Source: Gammaproteobacteria bacterium
GTDB taxonomy: Bacteria; Pseudomonadota; Gammaproteobacteria; JABABF01
Direction: 5' to 3'
DNA length: 64,000 nucleotides
Assembly (NCBI GenBank): GCA_965237805.1
Contig: OZ250153.1
Coordinates: 1,568,001-1,632,000 of the forward strand
Below the pieces are notes generated by a model, which made no database searches, was not told the origin of the DNA, and saw nothing but the letters and a program-made list of their open reading frames with translations. The position numbers were made by a program, and so were the translations under genes. This document shows positions 41,001 to 52,226 of the stretch, in pieces (positions within the stretch are counted from its first letter, which is position 1; each line of letters begins with the position of its first letter).

Positions 41001-44000
41001 TGAGACAGTGACGCTGACGGTGGCGGCCGGTGGCTTGTCGGGCACGGCAGCTGTGGTGGTAGATGTGGTGGCGACGGTGCTGACGGTCGCGGCACCGGAG
41101 ACGGTGGTGGCGGGCGCGAGCTTTGCGCTGACGGTGATGGGAGTCGATGCCGATAGCGCGACGGACACGGACTACAGCCTGTCGTCGACGGCCACGGTGA
41201 CGGCTGCGGCGGGGACGCTATTGCCCGTGACGCGCACGCCGACAGGCAACGGCTTCGGCGGTCTGAGTCTGAGCGTGGTGAGCGACGGCGATGTGGTGAC
41301 GCTGACGGTGACGGATGGCGTGCTGTCGTCTGCAGGCACGGCTGATGTGGAGGTGGATGTGGTGGCGACGGAGCTGACGGTCGCGGCACCGGCGATGGTG
41401 GTGGCGGGCGCGAGCTTTGCGCTGACGGTGACGGGAGTCGATGCCGATAGCGCGACGGACACGGACTACAGCCTGTCGTCGACGGCCACGGTGACGGCTT
41501 CGGCGGGGACGCTATTGCCCGTGACGCGCACGCCGACAGGCAACGGCTTCGTCGGTCTGAGTCTGAGCGTGGTGAGCGATGGCGATGTGGTGACGCTGAC
41601 GGTGACGGATGGCGTGCTGTCGTCTGCAGACACGGCTGATGTGGAGGTGGATGTGGTGGCGACGGTGCTGGCGCTGAGCGCCTCAGTGGAGCCGGTGTTA
41701 TCTGATCGCAGCTTCCTGCTGACGGTTGCTGGGGTGGATGCGGATGGCGCGACTGATACGGGCTACAGCCTGTCGGCGACGGCCACGGTGACGGCGTCGG
41801 CGGGGACGCTGGTAGAGGCTTCGCGCGCGGGGCAGGTCATTGGCCTGAGTTTGAGTGGCTTGGCCGCTGGCTCGACGGCACTGCTGACGGTGATCGACGA
41901 TGGCTTGGAGGGTCAGCTCGAGCTGACAGTGGCGGCGGTGGCGGTGGTCTCCTTGGATGTGGCTGCACCTGAGACGGTGGTGTCTGGGGCGGCGTTCACG
42001 GTGACAGTGACGGCCCGTGATGCCAATGCTGTGGTGATTTCGGATGCGGATCTGTCGGCGGCGACGGCGGCTGTGTCGGTCGGGACGCTGTCGGAGTTCT
42101 CGCTGAGCGGGAACAACACACTGAGTATGGAGTTGCGAGCTGTGCCGGACGACACGACATCGACGCTGACGGTGAGTTTGGGCTCAGTCAGCAGTGCGGA
42201 CACGGTGACGGTGAATGTGGTGGCGACGGCGCTGTCGGTAGCGGCACCGGCGACGGTGGTGTCGGGTCAGCTCTTCATGCTGACGGTGACGGGAGTCGAT
42301 GCGGATGACGCGACGGACACGGGCCACAGCCTGTCGACGGCGACGGTGTCGGCTGCGCCGGGGGCGATCGCGGATCTGAGTCAGAGGGGCAACGAGTTGA
42401 GTGTGAGTGTGAGCGGGGCGACGGATGCTGAGACAGTGACGCTGACGGTGGCGGCCGGTGGCTTGTCGGGCACGGCAGCTGTGGTGGTAGATGTGGTGGC
42501 GACGGTGCTGAGGCTGGAGCCCTCGCAGGATCCGGTCAATGGGGGCTCGCCCTTCACGCTGACGGTGACGGGAGTCGATGCGGATGACGCGACGGACACG
42601 GACTACAGCCTGTCGGCGACGGCCACGGTGACGGCTTCGGCGGGGACGCTGGTGGAGGATTCGCGGACGACGGCGGGCTTTGAGCTGAATTTGAGCGGGG
42701 TGGGCGATGGCACGCTAGTGACGCTGACGGTGACGGATGGCGCTTTGTCGAACACGCTGGATGTGACGGTGCAGGCGGCGGCGGCATCCTTGCTGGTGGC
42801 TGCACCGGCGACGGTGGTGTCTGGCGCTGACTTCACGGTGCAGTTGACGGCTTTGGACGCTGGGGACAACGTCATTCCAAACCACAATCTATCGGCGGCG
42901 CAGGCCACCGCCTCGGTGGGGAATCTGATCTTGGTCTCGCAGACGACGGACACGCTGACTCTACAGTTGCGCGGTGTGTCGGATAGTGCATCGGCGGTTT
43001 TGACAGTGATGGAGGGGTCCGCCAGCGGCACTGACACGGTGGCGGTGGATGTGGTGGCGACGGCGCTGTCGGTCTCGGCACCGGAGACGGTGGTGTCGGG
43101 CGCGAGCTTTGCGCTGACGGTGACGGGAGTCGATGCGGATGACGCGACGGACACGGGCTACAGCCTGTCGACGGCGACGGTGTCGGCTGCGCCGGGGGCG
43201 ATCGCGGATCTGAGTCAGATGGGCAACGAGTTGAGTGTGAGTGTGAGCGGGGTGACGGACGGTGCGACAGCGACGCTGACGGTGGCGGCCGATGGCTTGT
43301 CGGGTACGGCAGCTGTGGCGGTGAATGTGGAGGCGACGGCGCTGACGGTCTCGGCACCAGAGACGGTGGTGTCGGGCACGTCCTTCACGCTGACGGTGAC
43401 GGGAGTCAATTCAGCTGACGAGACGGACACGGACTACAGCCTGTCGAATGTGACGGTGACGGCCTCGACAGGGATGCTGACGACGGTGCAGACCAGCACC
43501 GGCTTCGAGCTGAGACTGAGCGGGTTGGCGGACGGCACGATGGTGACGCTGACGGCGACGGATAGCGTGCTGTCGTCTGCAGACACGGCTGATGTGGTGG
43601 TGAATGTGGAGGCGACGGCGCTGACGGTCTCGGCACCGGAGACGGTGGTGTCGGGCACGTCCTTCACGCTGACGGTGACGGGAGTCAATTCAGCTGACGA
43701 GACGGACACGGACTACAGCCTGTCGAATGTGACGGTGACGGCCTCGACAGGGATGCTGACGACGGTGCAGACCAGCACCGGCTTCGAGCTGAGACTGAGC
43801 GGGTTGGCGGACGGCACGATGGTGACGCTGACGGCGACGGATAGCGTGCTGTCGTCTGCAGACACGGCTGCTGTGGCGGTGAATGTGGTGGCGACGGCGC
43901 TGACGGTATCGGCACCGGCGACGGTGGTGTCGGGTGCGAGCTTTGCGCTGACGGTGATGGGAGTCGATGCAGCTGGCGCGACGGACACGGGCTACAGCCT

Positions 44001-47000
44001 GTCGAATGTGACGGTGACGGCCTCGTCGGGGACGATCTCGGGTCAAAGTCAGACCAGCACCGGCTTCGAGCTGAGTCTGAGCGGGGTGGCGGACGGCACG
44101 ATGGTGACACTGACGGCGACGGATAGCGTGCTGTCGTCTGCAGACACGGTGGCTGTGGCGGTGAATGTGGTGGCGACGGCGCTGACGGTATCGGCACTGG
44201 CGACGGTGGTGTCGGGCGCGAGCTTTGCGCTGACGGTGACGGGAGTCGATGCAGCTGGCGCGACGGACACGGGCTACAGCCTGTCGAATGTGACGGTGAC
44301 GGCCTCGACCGGGACGCTGACGACGGCGCAGACCAGCACTGGCTTCGAGCTGAGTCTGAGCGGGTTGGCTGACGGCACGATGGTGACACTGACGGCGACG
44401 GATAGCGTGCTGTCGTCTGCAGACACGGCTGATGTGACGGTGGATGTGGTGGCGACGGCGCTGACGGTGTCGGCACCGGCGACGGTGGTGTCGGGTGCGA
44501 GCTTTGCGCTGACAGTGACGGGAGTCGATGCAGCTGGCGCGACGGACACGGGCTACAGCCTGTCGAATGTGACGGTGACGGCCTCGTCGGGGACGATTTC
44601 GGGTCAAAGTCAGACCAGCACTGGCTTCGAGCTGAGTCTGAGCGGGGTGGCGGACGGCACGATGGTGACACTGACAGCGACGGATAGCGTGCTGTCGTCT
44701 GCAGACACGGTGGCTGTGGCGGTGAATGTGGTGGCGACGGCGCTGACGGTATCGGCACTGGCGACGGTGGTGTCGGGCGCGAGCTTTGCGCTGACGGTGA
44801 CGGGAGTCGATGCAGCTGGCGCGACGGACACGGGCTACAGCCTGTCGAATGTGACGGTGACGGCCTCGACCGGGACGCTGACGACGGCGCAGACCAGCAC
44901 TGGCTTCGAGCTGAGTCTGAGCGGGTTGGCTGACGGCACGATGGTGACACTGACGGCGACGGATAGTGTGCTGTCGTCTGCAGACACGGCTGATGTGACG
45001 GTGGATGTGGTGGCGACGGCGCTGACGGTGTCGGCACCGGCGACGGTGATGTCGGGTGCGAGCTTTGCGCTGACGGTGACGGGCGTCGATGCAGCTGGCG
45101 CGACGGACACGGGCTACAGCCTGTCGAATGTGACGGTGACGGCCTCGTCGGGGACGATTTCGGGTCAAAGTCAGACCAGCACCGGCTTCGAGCTGAGACT
45201 GAGCGGGTTGGCGGACGGCACGATGGTGACACTGACGGCGACGGATAGCGTGCTGTCGTCTGCAGACACGGCTGATGTGACGGTGGATGTGGTGGCGACG
45301 GCGCTGACGGTATCGGCACCGGCGACGGTGGTGTCGGGCGCGAGCTTTGCGCTGACGGTGACGGGCGTCGATGCAGCTGGCGCGACGGACACGGGCTACA
45401 GCCTGTCGAATGTGACGGTGACGGCCTCGTCGGGGACGATCTCGGGTCAAAGTCAGACCAGCACCGGCTTCGAGCTGAGTCTGAGCGGGGTGGCGGACGG
45501 CACGATGGTGACACTGACGGCGACGGATAGCGTGCTGTCGTCTGCAGACACGGTGGATGTGGCGGTGAATGTGGTGGCGACGGCGCTGACGGTCTCGGCA
45601 CCGGCGACGGTGGTGTCGGGTGCGAGCTTTGCGCTGACGGTGACGGGAGTCGATGCAGCTGGCGCGACTGACACGGGCTACAGCCTGTCGAATGTGACGG
45701 TGACGGCCTCGACCGGGATGCTGACGACGGCGCAGACCAGCACTGGCTTCGAGCTGAGTCTGAGCGGGTTGGCTGACGGCACGATGGTGACACTGACGGC
45801 GACGGATAGTGTGCTGTCGTCTGCAGACACGGCAGCTGTGACGGTGGATGTGGTGGCGACGGCGCTGACGGTATCGGCACCGGCGACGGTGGTGTCGGGT
45901 GCGAGCTTTGCGCTGACGGTGACGGGCGTCGATGCAGCTGGCGCGACGGACACGGGCTACAGCCTGTCGAATGTGACGGTGACGGCCTCGTCGGGGACGA
46001 TTTCGGGTCAAAGTCAGACCAGCACCGGCTTCGAGCTGAGTCTGAGCGGGGTGACTGATGGCACGATGGTGACACTGACGGCGACGGATAGCGTGCTGTC
46101 GGCTGCAGACACGGTGGATGTGGCGGTGAATGTGGTGGCGACGGCGCTGACGGTATCGGCACCGGCGACGGTGGTGTCGGGCGCGAGCTTTGCGCTGACG
46201 GTGACGGGCGTCGATGCAGCTGGCGCGACGGACACGGGCTACAGCCTGTCGAATGTGACGGTGACGGCCTCGACCGGGACGCTGACGACGGCGCAGACCA
46301 GCACTGGCTTCGAGCTGAGTCTGAGCGGGTTGGCTGACGGCACGATGGTGACACTGACGGCGACGGATAGTGTGCTGTCGTCTGCAGACACGGCTGATGT
46401 GACGGTGGATGTGGTGGCGACGGCGCTGACGGTCTCGGCACCGGCGACGGTGGTGTCGGGTGCGAGCTTTGCGCTGACAGTGACGGGAGTCGATGCAGCT
46501 GGCGCGACGGACACGGGCTACAGCCTGTCGAATGTGACGGTGACGGCCTCGTCGGGGACGATTTCGGGTCAAAGTCAGACCAGCACCGGCTTCGAGCTGA
46601 GTCTGAGCGGGTTGGCGGACGGCACGATGGTGACACTGACGGCGACGGATAGCGTGCTGTCGTCTGCAGACACGGCTGATGTGACGGTGGATGTGGTGGC
46701 GACGGCGCTGACGGTGTCGGCACCGGCGACGGTGGTGTCGGGTGCGAGCTTTGCGCTGACAGTGACGGGAGTCGATGCAGCTGGCGCGACGGACACGGGC
46801 TACAGCCTGTCGAATGTGACGGTGACGGCCTCGTCGGGGACGATTTCGGGTCAAAGTCAGACCAGCACCGGCTTCGAGCTGAGTCTGAGCGGGTTGGCGG
46901 ACGGCACGATGGTGACACTGACGGCGACGGATAGCGTGCTGTCGTCTGCAGACACGGCTGATGTGACGGTGGATGTGGTGGCGACGGCGCTGACGGTGTC

Positions 47001-50000
47001 GGCACCGGCGACGGTGGTGTCGGGTGCGAGCTTTGCGCTGACAGTGACGGGCGTCGATGCAGCTGGCGCGACGGACACGGGCTACAGCCTGTCGAATGTG
47101 ACGGTGACGGCCTCGTCGGGGACGATCTCGGGTCAAAGTCAGACCAGCACCGGCTTCGAGCTGAGTCTGAGCGGGGTGACGGACGGCACGATGGTGACGC
47201 TGACGGCGACGGATAGTGTGCTGTCGTCCGCAGACACGGCTGATGTGGTGGTGAATGTGGAGGCGACGGCGCTGACGGTCTCGGCACCGGCGACGGTGGT
47301 GTCGGGCACGTCCTTCACGCTGACGGTGACGGGAGTCAATTCAGCTGACGAGACGGACACGGACTACAGCCTGTCGAATGTGACGGTGACGGCCTCGACC
47401 GGGATGCTGACGACGGCGCAGACCAGCACCGGCTTCGAGCTGAGACTGAGCGGGTTGGCGGACGGCACGATGGTGACGCTGACGGCGACGGATAGCGTGC
47501 TGTCGTCTGCAGACACGGCAGCTGTGACGGTGGATGTGGTGGCGACAGCGCTGACGGTCTCGGCACCGGCGACGGTGACGTCGGGCGTGATCTTTGCGCT
47601 GACGGTGACGGGCGTCGATGCAGCTGGCGAGACGGACACGGACTACAGCCTGTCGAATGTGACGGTGACGGCCTCGACAGGGATGCTGACGACGGCGCAG
47701 ACAAGCACCGGCTTCGAGCTGAGACTGAGCGGGTTGGCGGACGGCACGATGGTGACGCTGACGGCGACGGATAGCGTGCTGGTGTCTACAGACATGGTGG
47801 ATGTGACGGTGCAGGCGGCGGCGGCATCCTTGCTGGTGGATGCACCGGCGACGGTGGTGTCTGGCGCTGACTTCACGGTGCAGTTGACGGCTTTGGACGC
47901 TGGGGACAACGTCATTCCAAGCCATGATCTATCAGCGGCGACGGCCACCGTCTCGGTGGGGACTCTGAGCTTGGTCTCGCGGACGGCGGACACGCTGACT
48001 CTACAGTTGCGCGGTGTGTCAGATAGTGAATCGGCGATTTTGACAGTGATGGAGGGTGACGCCATCGGCACTGACACGGTGACGGTGAATGTGGTCGCCA
48101 CGGCGCTGTCACTGGTGAGCAATGTGGCAGAGATAACGGCAGGGGCGCAGACAGGCGTCACCGTCACTGGCATCGACGCTGATGGCGCGATGGACACGGG
48201 CTACAGCCTGTCATTGGCACCCCAGATCACGGCCTCGATGGGCGTGACGGTCACTGGTATTACGGTATTCCCCACCGGTAGTGGTAGCCACCTCGTGCAA
48301 TTCACCCTGTCGGGTGCGCCAGATGGCAGCGAATTGTTGCTGACGATGACGGCTACCCCTCAGAATGGTGGGCTGGTCGGCAGTACATCCGTGACTTTGA
48401 ATGTGGTGGCGACGGCGCTGAGGCTATCGGCACCGGCGACGGTGGTGTCGGGCACGACAGCCACGCTGACGGTGACGGGAGTCGATGCAGCTGGCGCGAC
48501 GGACACGGGCTACAGCCTGTCGAATGTGACGGTGACGGCCTCGACCGGGACGCTGACGACGGCGCAGACAAGCACTGGCTTCGAGCTGCGTCTGAGCGGC
48601 TTGGCGGATGGCACGATGGTGACGCTGACGGCGACGGATAGTGTGCTGCTGTCTGCAGACACGGTGGCTGTGACGGTGGATGTGGTGGCGACGGCGCTGA
48701 CGGTATCGGCACCGGCGACGGTGGTGTCGGGCCAGCTCTTCACGCTGACGGTGACGGGAGTCGATGCCGATGGCGCGACGGACACGGACTACAGCCTGTC
48801 GACGGCCACGGTGACGGCTTCGGCGGGGGCGCTGGTGGAAGAGTCGAGCACGGCGAGCAGTATTGATCTGCGTTTGAGCGAGGTGTCCGACGGCGCTGAT
48901 GTGACGCTGACGGTGACGGATGGCAGCGTGTCGGGCACGGCTGAGGTGGCGGTGGATGTGGTGGCGACGGCGCTGTCGCTGAGTGCCTCAGTGGATCCGG
49001 TAGTTTCCGGCCAGCTCTTCACGCTGACGGTGACGGGAGTCGATGCCGATGGCGCGACGGACACGGGCCACAGCCTGTCGTCGACGGCAACGGTGACGGT
49101 TTCGGCGGGGACGATCGCGGATTTCAGTCAGACGGGCAACGAGTTGAGCTTGAGTCTGAGCGGTGTGACGGACGGTGCGACAGCGACGCTGACGGTGGCG
49201 GCCGATGGCTTGTCGGGCACGGTGGCTGTGACGGTAGATGTGGTGGCGACGGCGCTGAGGCTGAGCGCCTCAGTGGAGCCGGTGTTATCTGATCGCAGCT
49301 TCCTGCTGACGGTTGCTGGGGTCGATGCGGATGACGCGACGGACACGGGCTACAGCCTGTCGGCGTCGGCCACGGTGACGGCGTCGGCGGGGACGCTGGT
49401 AGAGGCTTCGCGCGCGGGGCAGGTCATTGGCCTGAGTTTGAGTGGCTTGGCCGCTGGCTCGACGGCAACGGTGACGGTGATCGACGATGGCTTGGAGGGT
49501 GAGCTCGAGCTGACAGTGGCGGCGGTGGCGGTGGTCTCCTTGGATGTGGCTGCACCTGAGACGGTGGTGTCTGGGGCGGCGTTCACGGTGACAGTGACGG
49601 CCCGCGATGCCAATGCTGTGGTGATTTCGGATGCGGATCTGTCGGCGGTGACGGCGGCTGTGTCGGTCGGGACGCTGTCGGCGTTCTCGCTGAGCGGGAA
49701 CAACACACTGAGTATGGAGTTGCGAGCTGTGCCGGACGACACGACATCGACGCTGACGGTGAGTTTGGGCTCAGTCAGCAGTGCGGACACGGTGACGGTG
49801 GATGTGGTGGCGACAGCGCTGACGGTAGCGGCACCGGCGACAGTGGTGTCGGGCCAGTCCTTCACGCTGACGGTGACGGGAGTCGATGCGGATGGCGCGA
49901 CGGACACGGGCTACAGCCTGTCGACGGCCACGGTGACGGCTTCGGCGGGGACGCTGGTGGAGGAGTCGAGCACGGCGACCAGTATTGATCTGCGTTTGAG

Positions 50001-51333
50001 CGGGGTGTCCGACGGCGCTGTGGTGACGGTGACGGTGACGGCCGATGGCTTGTCGGGCACGGCTGATGTGGCGGTGGATGTGGTGGCGACGGCGCTGTCG
50101 GTCTCGGCACCGGCGACGGTGGTGTCGGGCGCGAGCTTTGCGCTGACGGTGACGGGAGTCGATGCGAATGACGCGACGGACACGGGCTACAGCCTGTCGA
50201 CGGCGGCGGTGTCGGCTTCGCCGGGGACGATCGCGGATCTGAGTCAGACGGGCAACGAGTTGAGTGTGAGTGTGAGCGGGGTGACGGACGGTGCGACAGC
50301 GACGCTGACGGTGGCGGCCGATGGCTTGTCGGGCACGGCAGTTGTGGCGGTGGATGTGGTGGCGACGGCGCTGTCGGTGAGCGCCTGCACCGGAGCCGGT
50401 GGTGTCGGGTCAGTCTCTTCACGCTGACGGTGACGGGAGTCGATGCGGATGACGCGACGGACACGGGCTACAGCCTGTCGACGGCGGCAACGGTGACGGC
50501 TTCGGCGGGGACGATCGCGGATCAGAGTCAGACGGGCGACGAGTTGAGCTTGAGTCTGAGCGGGGTGACGGACGGCGCTGTGGCGACGCTGACGGTGGCG
50601 GCCGATGGCTTGTCGGGCACGGTTGATGTGACGGTAGATGTGGTGGCGACGGCACTGAGGCTGGTGGCCTCGCAGGATCCGGTCAATAGGGACACATCCT
50701 TCACGCTGACGGTGACGGCAGTCGATGCAGCTGGCGCGACGGACACGGGCTACAGCCTGTCGGCGTCGGCCACGGTGACGGCTTCGGCGGGGACGCTGGT
50801 GGAGGATTCGCGCGCGGCGACCAGTATTGAGCTGCGTTTGAGCGGGGTGTCCGACGGCGATGTGGTGACGCTGACGCTGACGGATGGCGTGCTGTCGAGC
50901 ACGCTGGCTGTGACGGTAACTGCGCGCAATCAGCTCGATATCGATCTCGACGGACGATGTCGACCAAACGGATGCCTTGATGATGTTCCGCACGCTGGGC
51001 TTTACGGTGTCCTTCCGCACCTTGATCAAGGACGGCACCTTGTCGGGTTTCGTGGTGGCTGGCAGCCCGGCCCTGCTCGACGAAGAGCTCAATATCATCG
51101 AGCGTATTGAGGCTCTTGAGGCCAGCTCCAACAGTGTCTTGGACATTGATCTCGACGGCGATGTCGACCAAACGGATGCCTTGATGATGTTCCGCACACT
51201 GGGCTTTACGGCGTCCTTCCGCACCTTGATCAAGGACGGCACCTTTTCTGGTGTCGTGGTGGCTGGCATTCCGGCCCTGATCGACGAAGAGCTCAATATC
51301 ATCGTGCGCATCGAGCAGCGCGCCGGCCTCTGA
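29021..51333 (+). CDS. Giant (~7,400 aa) secreted repetitive surface protein or adhesin: signal peptide, cohesin-like domain, about 75 Ig-like repeats, tandem dockerin-like C-terminus; split by indels
   Basis: ORFs 29021-31513, 31547-32008, 32005-50427, 50430-51110 and 50977-51333 encode one continuous repeat series. Signal-like FFSGLLLLAALYSAVVAPIADA-A (the start may be GTG 29153). Each break can be identified by comparison with sibling repeats. Confidence 0.85.
30140..50925 (+). repeat. Intragenic tandem array of ~279/282-bp units in several sequence classes, with higher-order periodicity
   Basis: Eleven near-identical 282-bp 'SASPDPVVSGQSF' units span about 30440-33495. A 1407-bp five-unit block recurs at about 33496, 34903 and 36310. 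A 561-bp two-unit period runs across about 43900-45600. Confidence 0.97.
50937..51315 (+). repeat. Direct duplication (68-aa period) encoding two dockerin/EF-hand-like modules DIDLDGDVDQTDALMMFRTLG
   Basis: Copies start at 50937 and 51142. Copy 1 carries one extra A at about 50954 relative to copy 2. Confidence 0.9.
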
Positions 51334-51374
51334 GCTAGCGCCGCGCCGTAGCCTCCTCGCGAGCTGGTGGGCGC

Positions 51375-52226
51375 TTGGGCAAAGCCTTGTGCCGCTCGGC
51401 ACCGCCCGCTGTGGAATTGCTGGCGCTGGGTCGCGCTGACTTGGATATCGCCGACGGCCCGCGCGTGATGCAGCGCTTGCGCGAGCTGCGCCCGGCGGCG
51501 ATCATCAACGCCGCCGCCTTCAGTGATGTCGGTGCCGCCGAATGCGATGATGCCGCCGCCCACCGGGTCAACTGCGAGGGGGTGCGCCAGCTGGCGCTGG
51601 GCGCGGCGGCGCATGCGCTGCGGCTGATCCACATCTCCACCGACTATGTCTTCGACGGTGATTTCGGTGCCGCGGTGGCGCGACCCTATGTGCCGGGAGA
51701 TTTGCCGCGCCCGCTGTCGGCCTATGGGCGCGGCAAATTGGCCGGCGAGCGTGCGGCCTTGGCCGCGCACCCACAGGGGACATTGGTGCTGCGCAGCGCG
51801 TGGCTCTACGATGGCCACAGCCACAACTTCGCCACCGCTCTGCTCGCGCGCATGGCTGCTGGCGAGTCGGTGGCGGTGGCCACCGATCAGGTCGCTTCGC
51901 CGACTTGGAGCGCCAATCTGGTGCGCGCGATTTGGTCGGCACTGCGTCGCCCGGAGGTGATCGGGCTACTGCATTTCTGCGACGACGGCGCGGTGACGCG
52001 CCATGTTTGGGCGGCGGCGCTGGCAGAGCTCGCCACGGCGAGTGCGGTATTGCCGGCGGCGGTGACGGTGTCCACGGCGCGGATGGCGGATTTTCCGGTG
52101 CTCGCGACGCGGCCGCGCTACTCGGCCTTGGATTCCAGCCGCGCCGCACAGCTGCTGGCGGTGCCGGTGATGCCATGGCGCGAGGCCACGGCGCTGATGC
52201 TGCGGGAGTATCGCCAGTCGAGCTGA
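51375..52226 (+). CDS. rfbD: dTDP-4-dehydrorhamnose reductase (N-terminus apparently damaged)
   Basis: IINAAAF, HISTDYVFDG, YGRGKLAGE, LRSAWLY, DQVASPT, RPRYSALD. The upstream in-frame RAGGRLG resembles GxxGxxG, but there is no proper start before it. Confidence 0.88.
   Translation: MGKALCRSAPPAVELLALGRADLDIADGPRVMQRLRELRPAAIINAAAFSDVGAAECDDAAAHRVNCEGVRQLALGAAAHALRLIHISTDYVFDGDFGAAVARPYVPGDLPRPLSAYGRGKLAGERAALAAHPQGTLVLRSAWLYDGHSHNFATALLARMAAGESVAVATDQVASPTWSANLVRAIWSALRRPEVIGLLHFCDDGAVTRHVWAAALAELATASAVLPAAVTVSTARMADFPVLATRPRYSALDSSRAAQLLAVPVMPWREATALMLREYRQSS

Noticed and set aside
43685-47287. Long antisense ORFs (1200 aa Pro/Ser-rich; 1148 aa Arg/His-rich) and many 84-aa MKHSPS ORFs across the array
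   Set aside because: These are shadows of the repetitive, codon-biased sense gene. They are low-complexity and recur with the repeat period.
50937-51315. Near-identical 204-bp duplication at a gene 3' end, considered as a DGR template/variable repeat pair
   Set aside because: The differences are not adenine-specific, both copies are coding in tandem, and no reverse transcriptase is present in the window.
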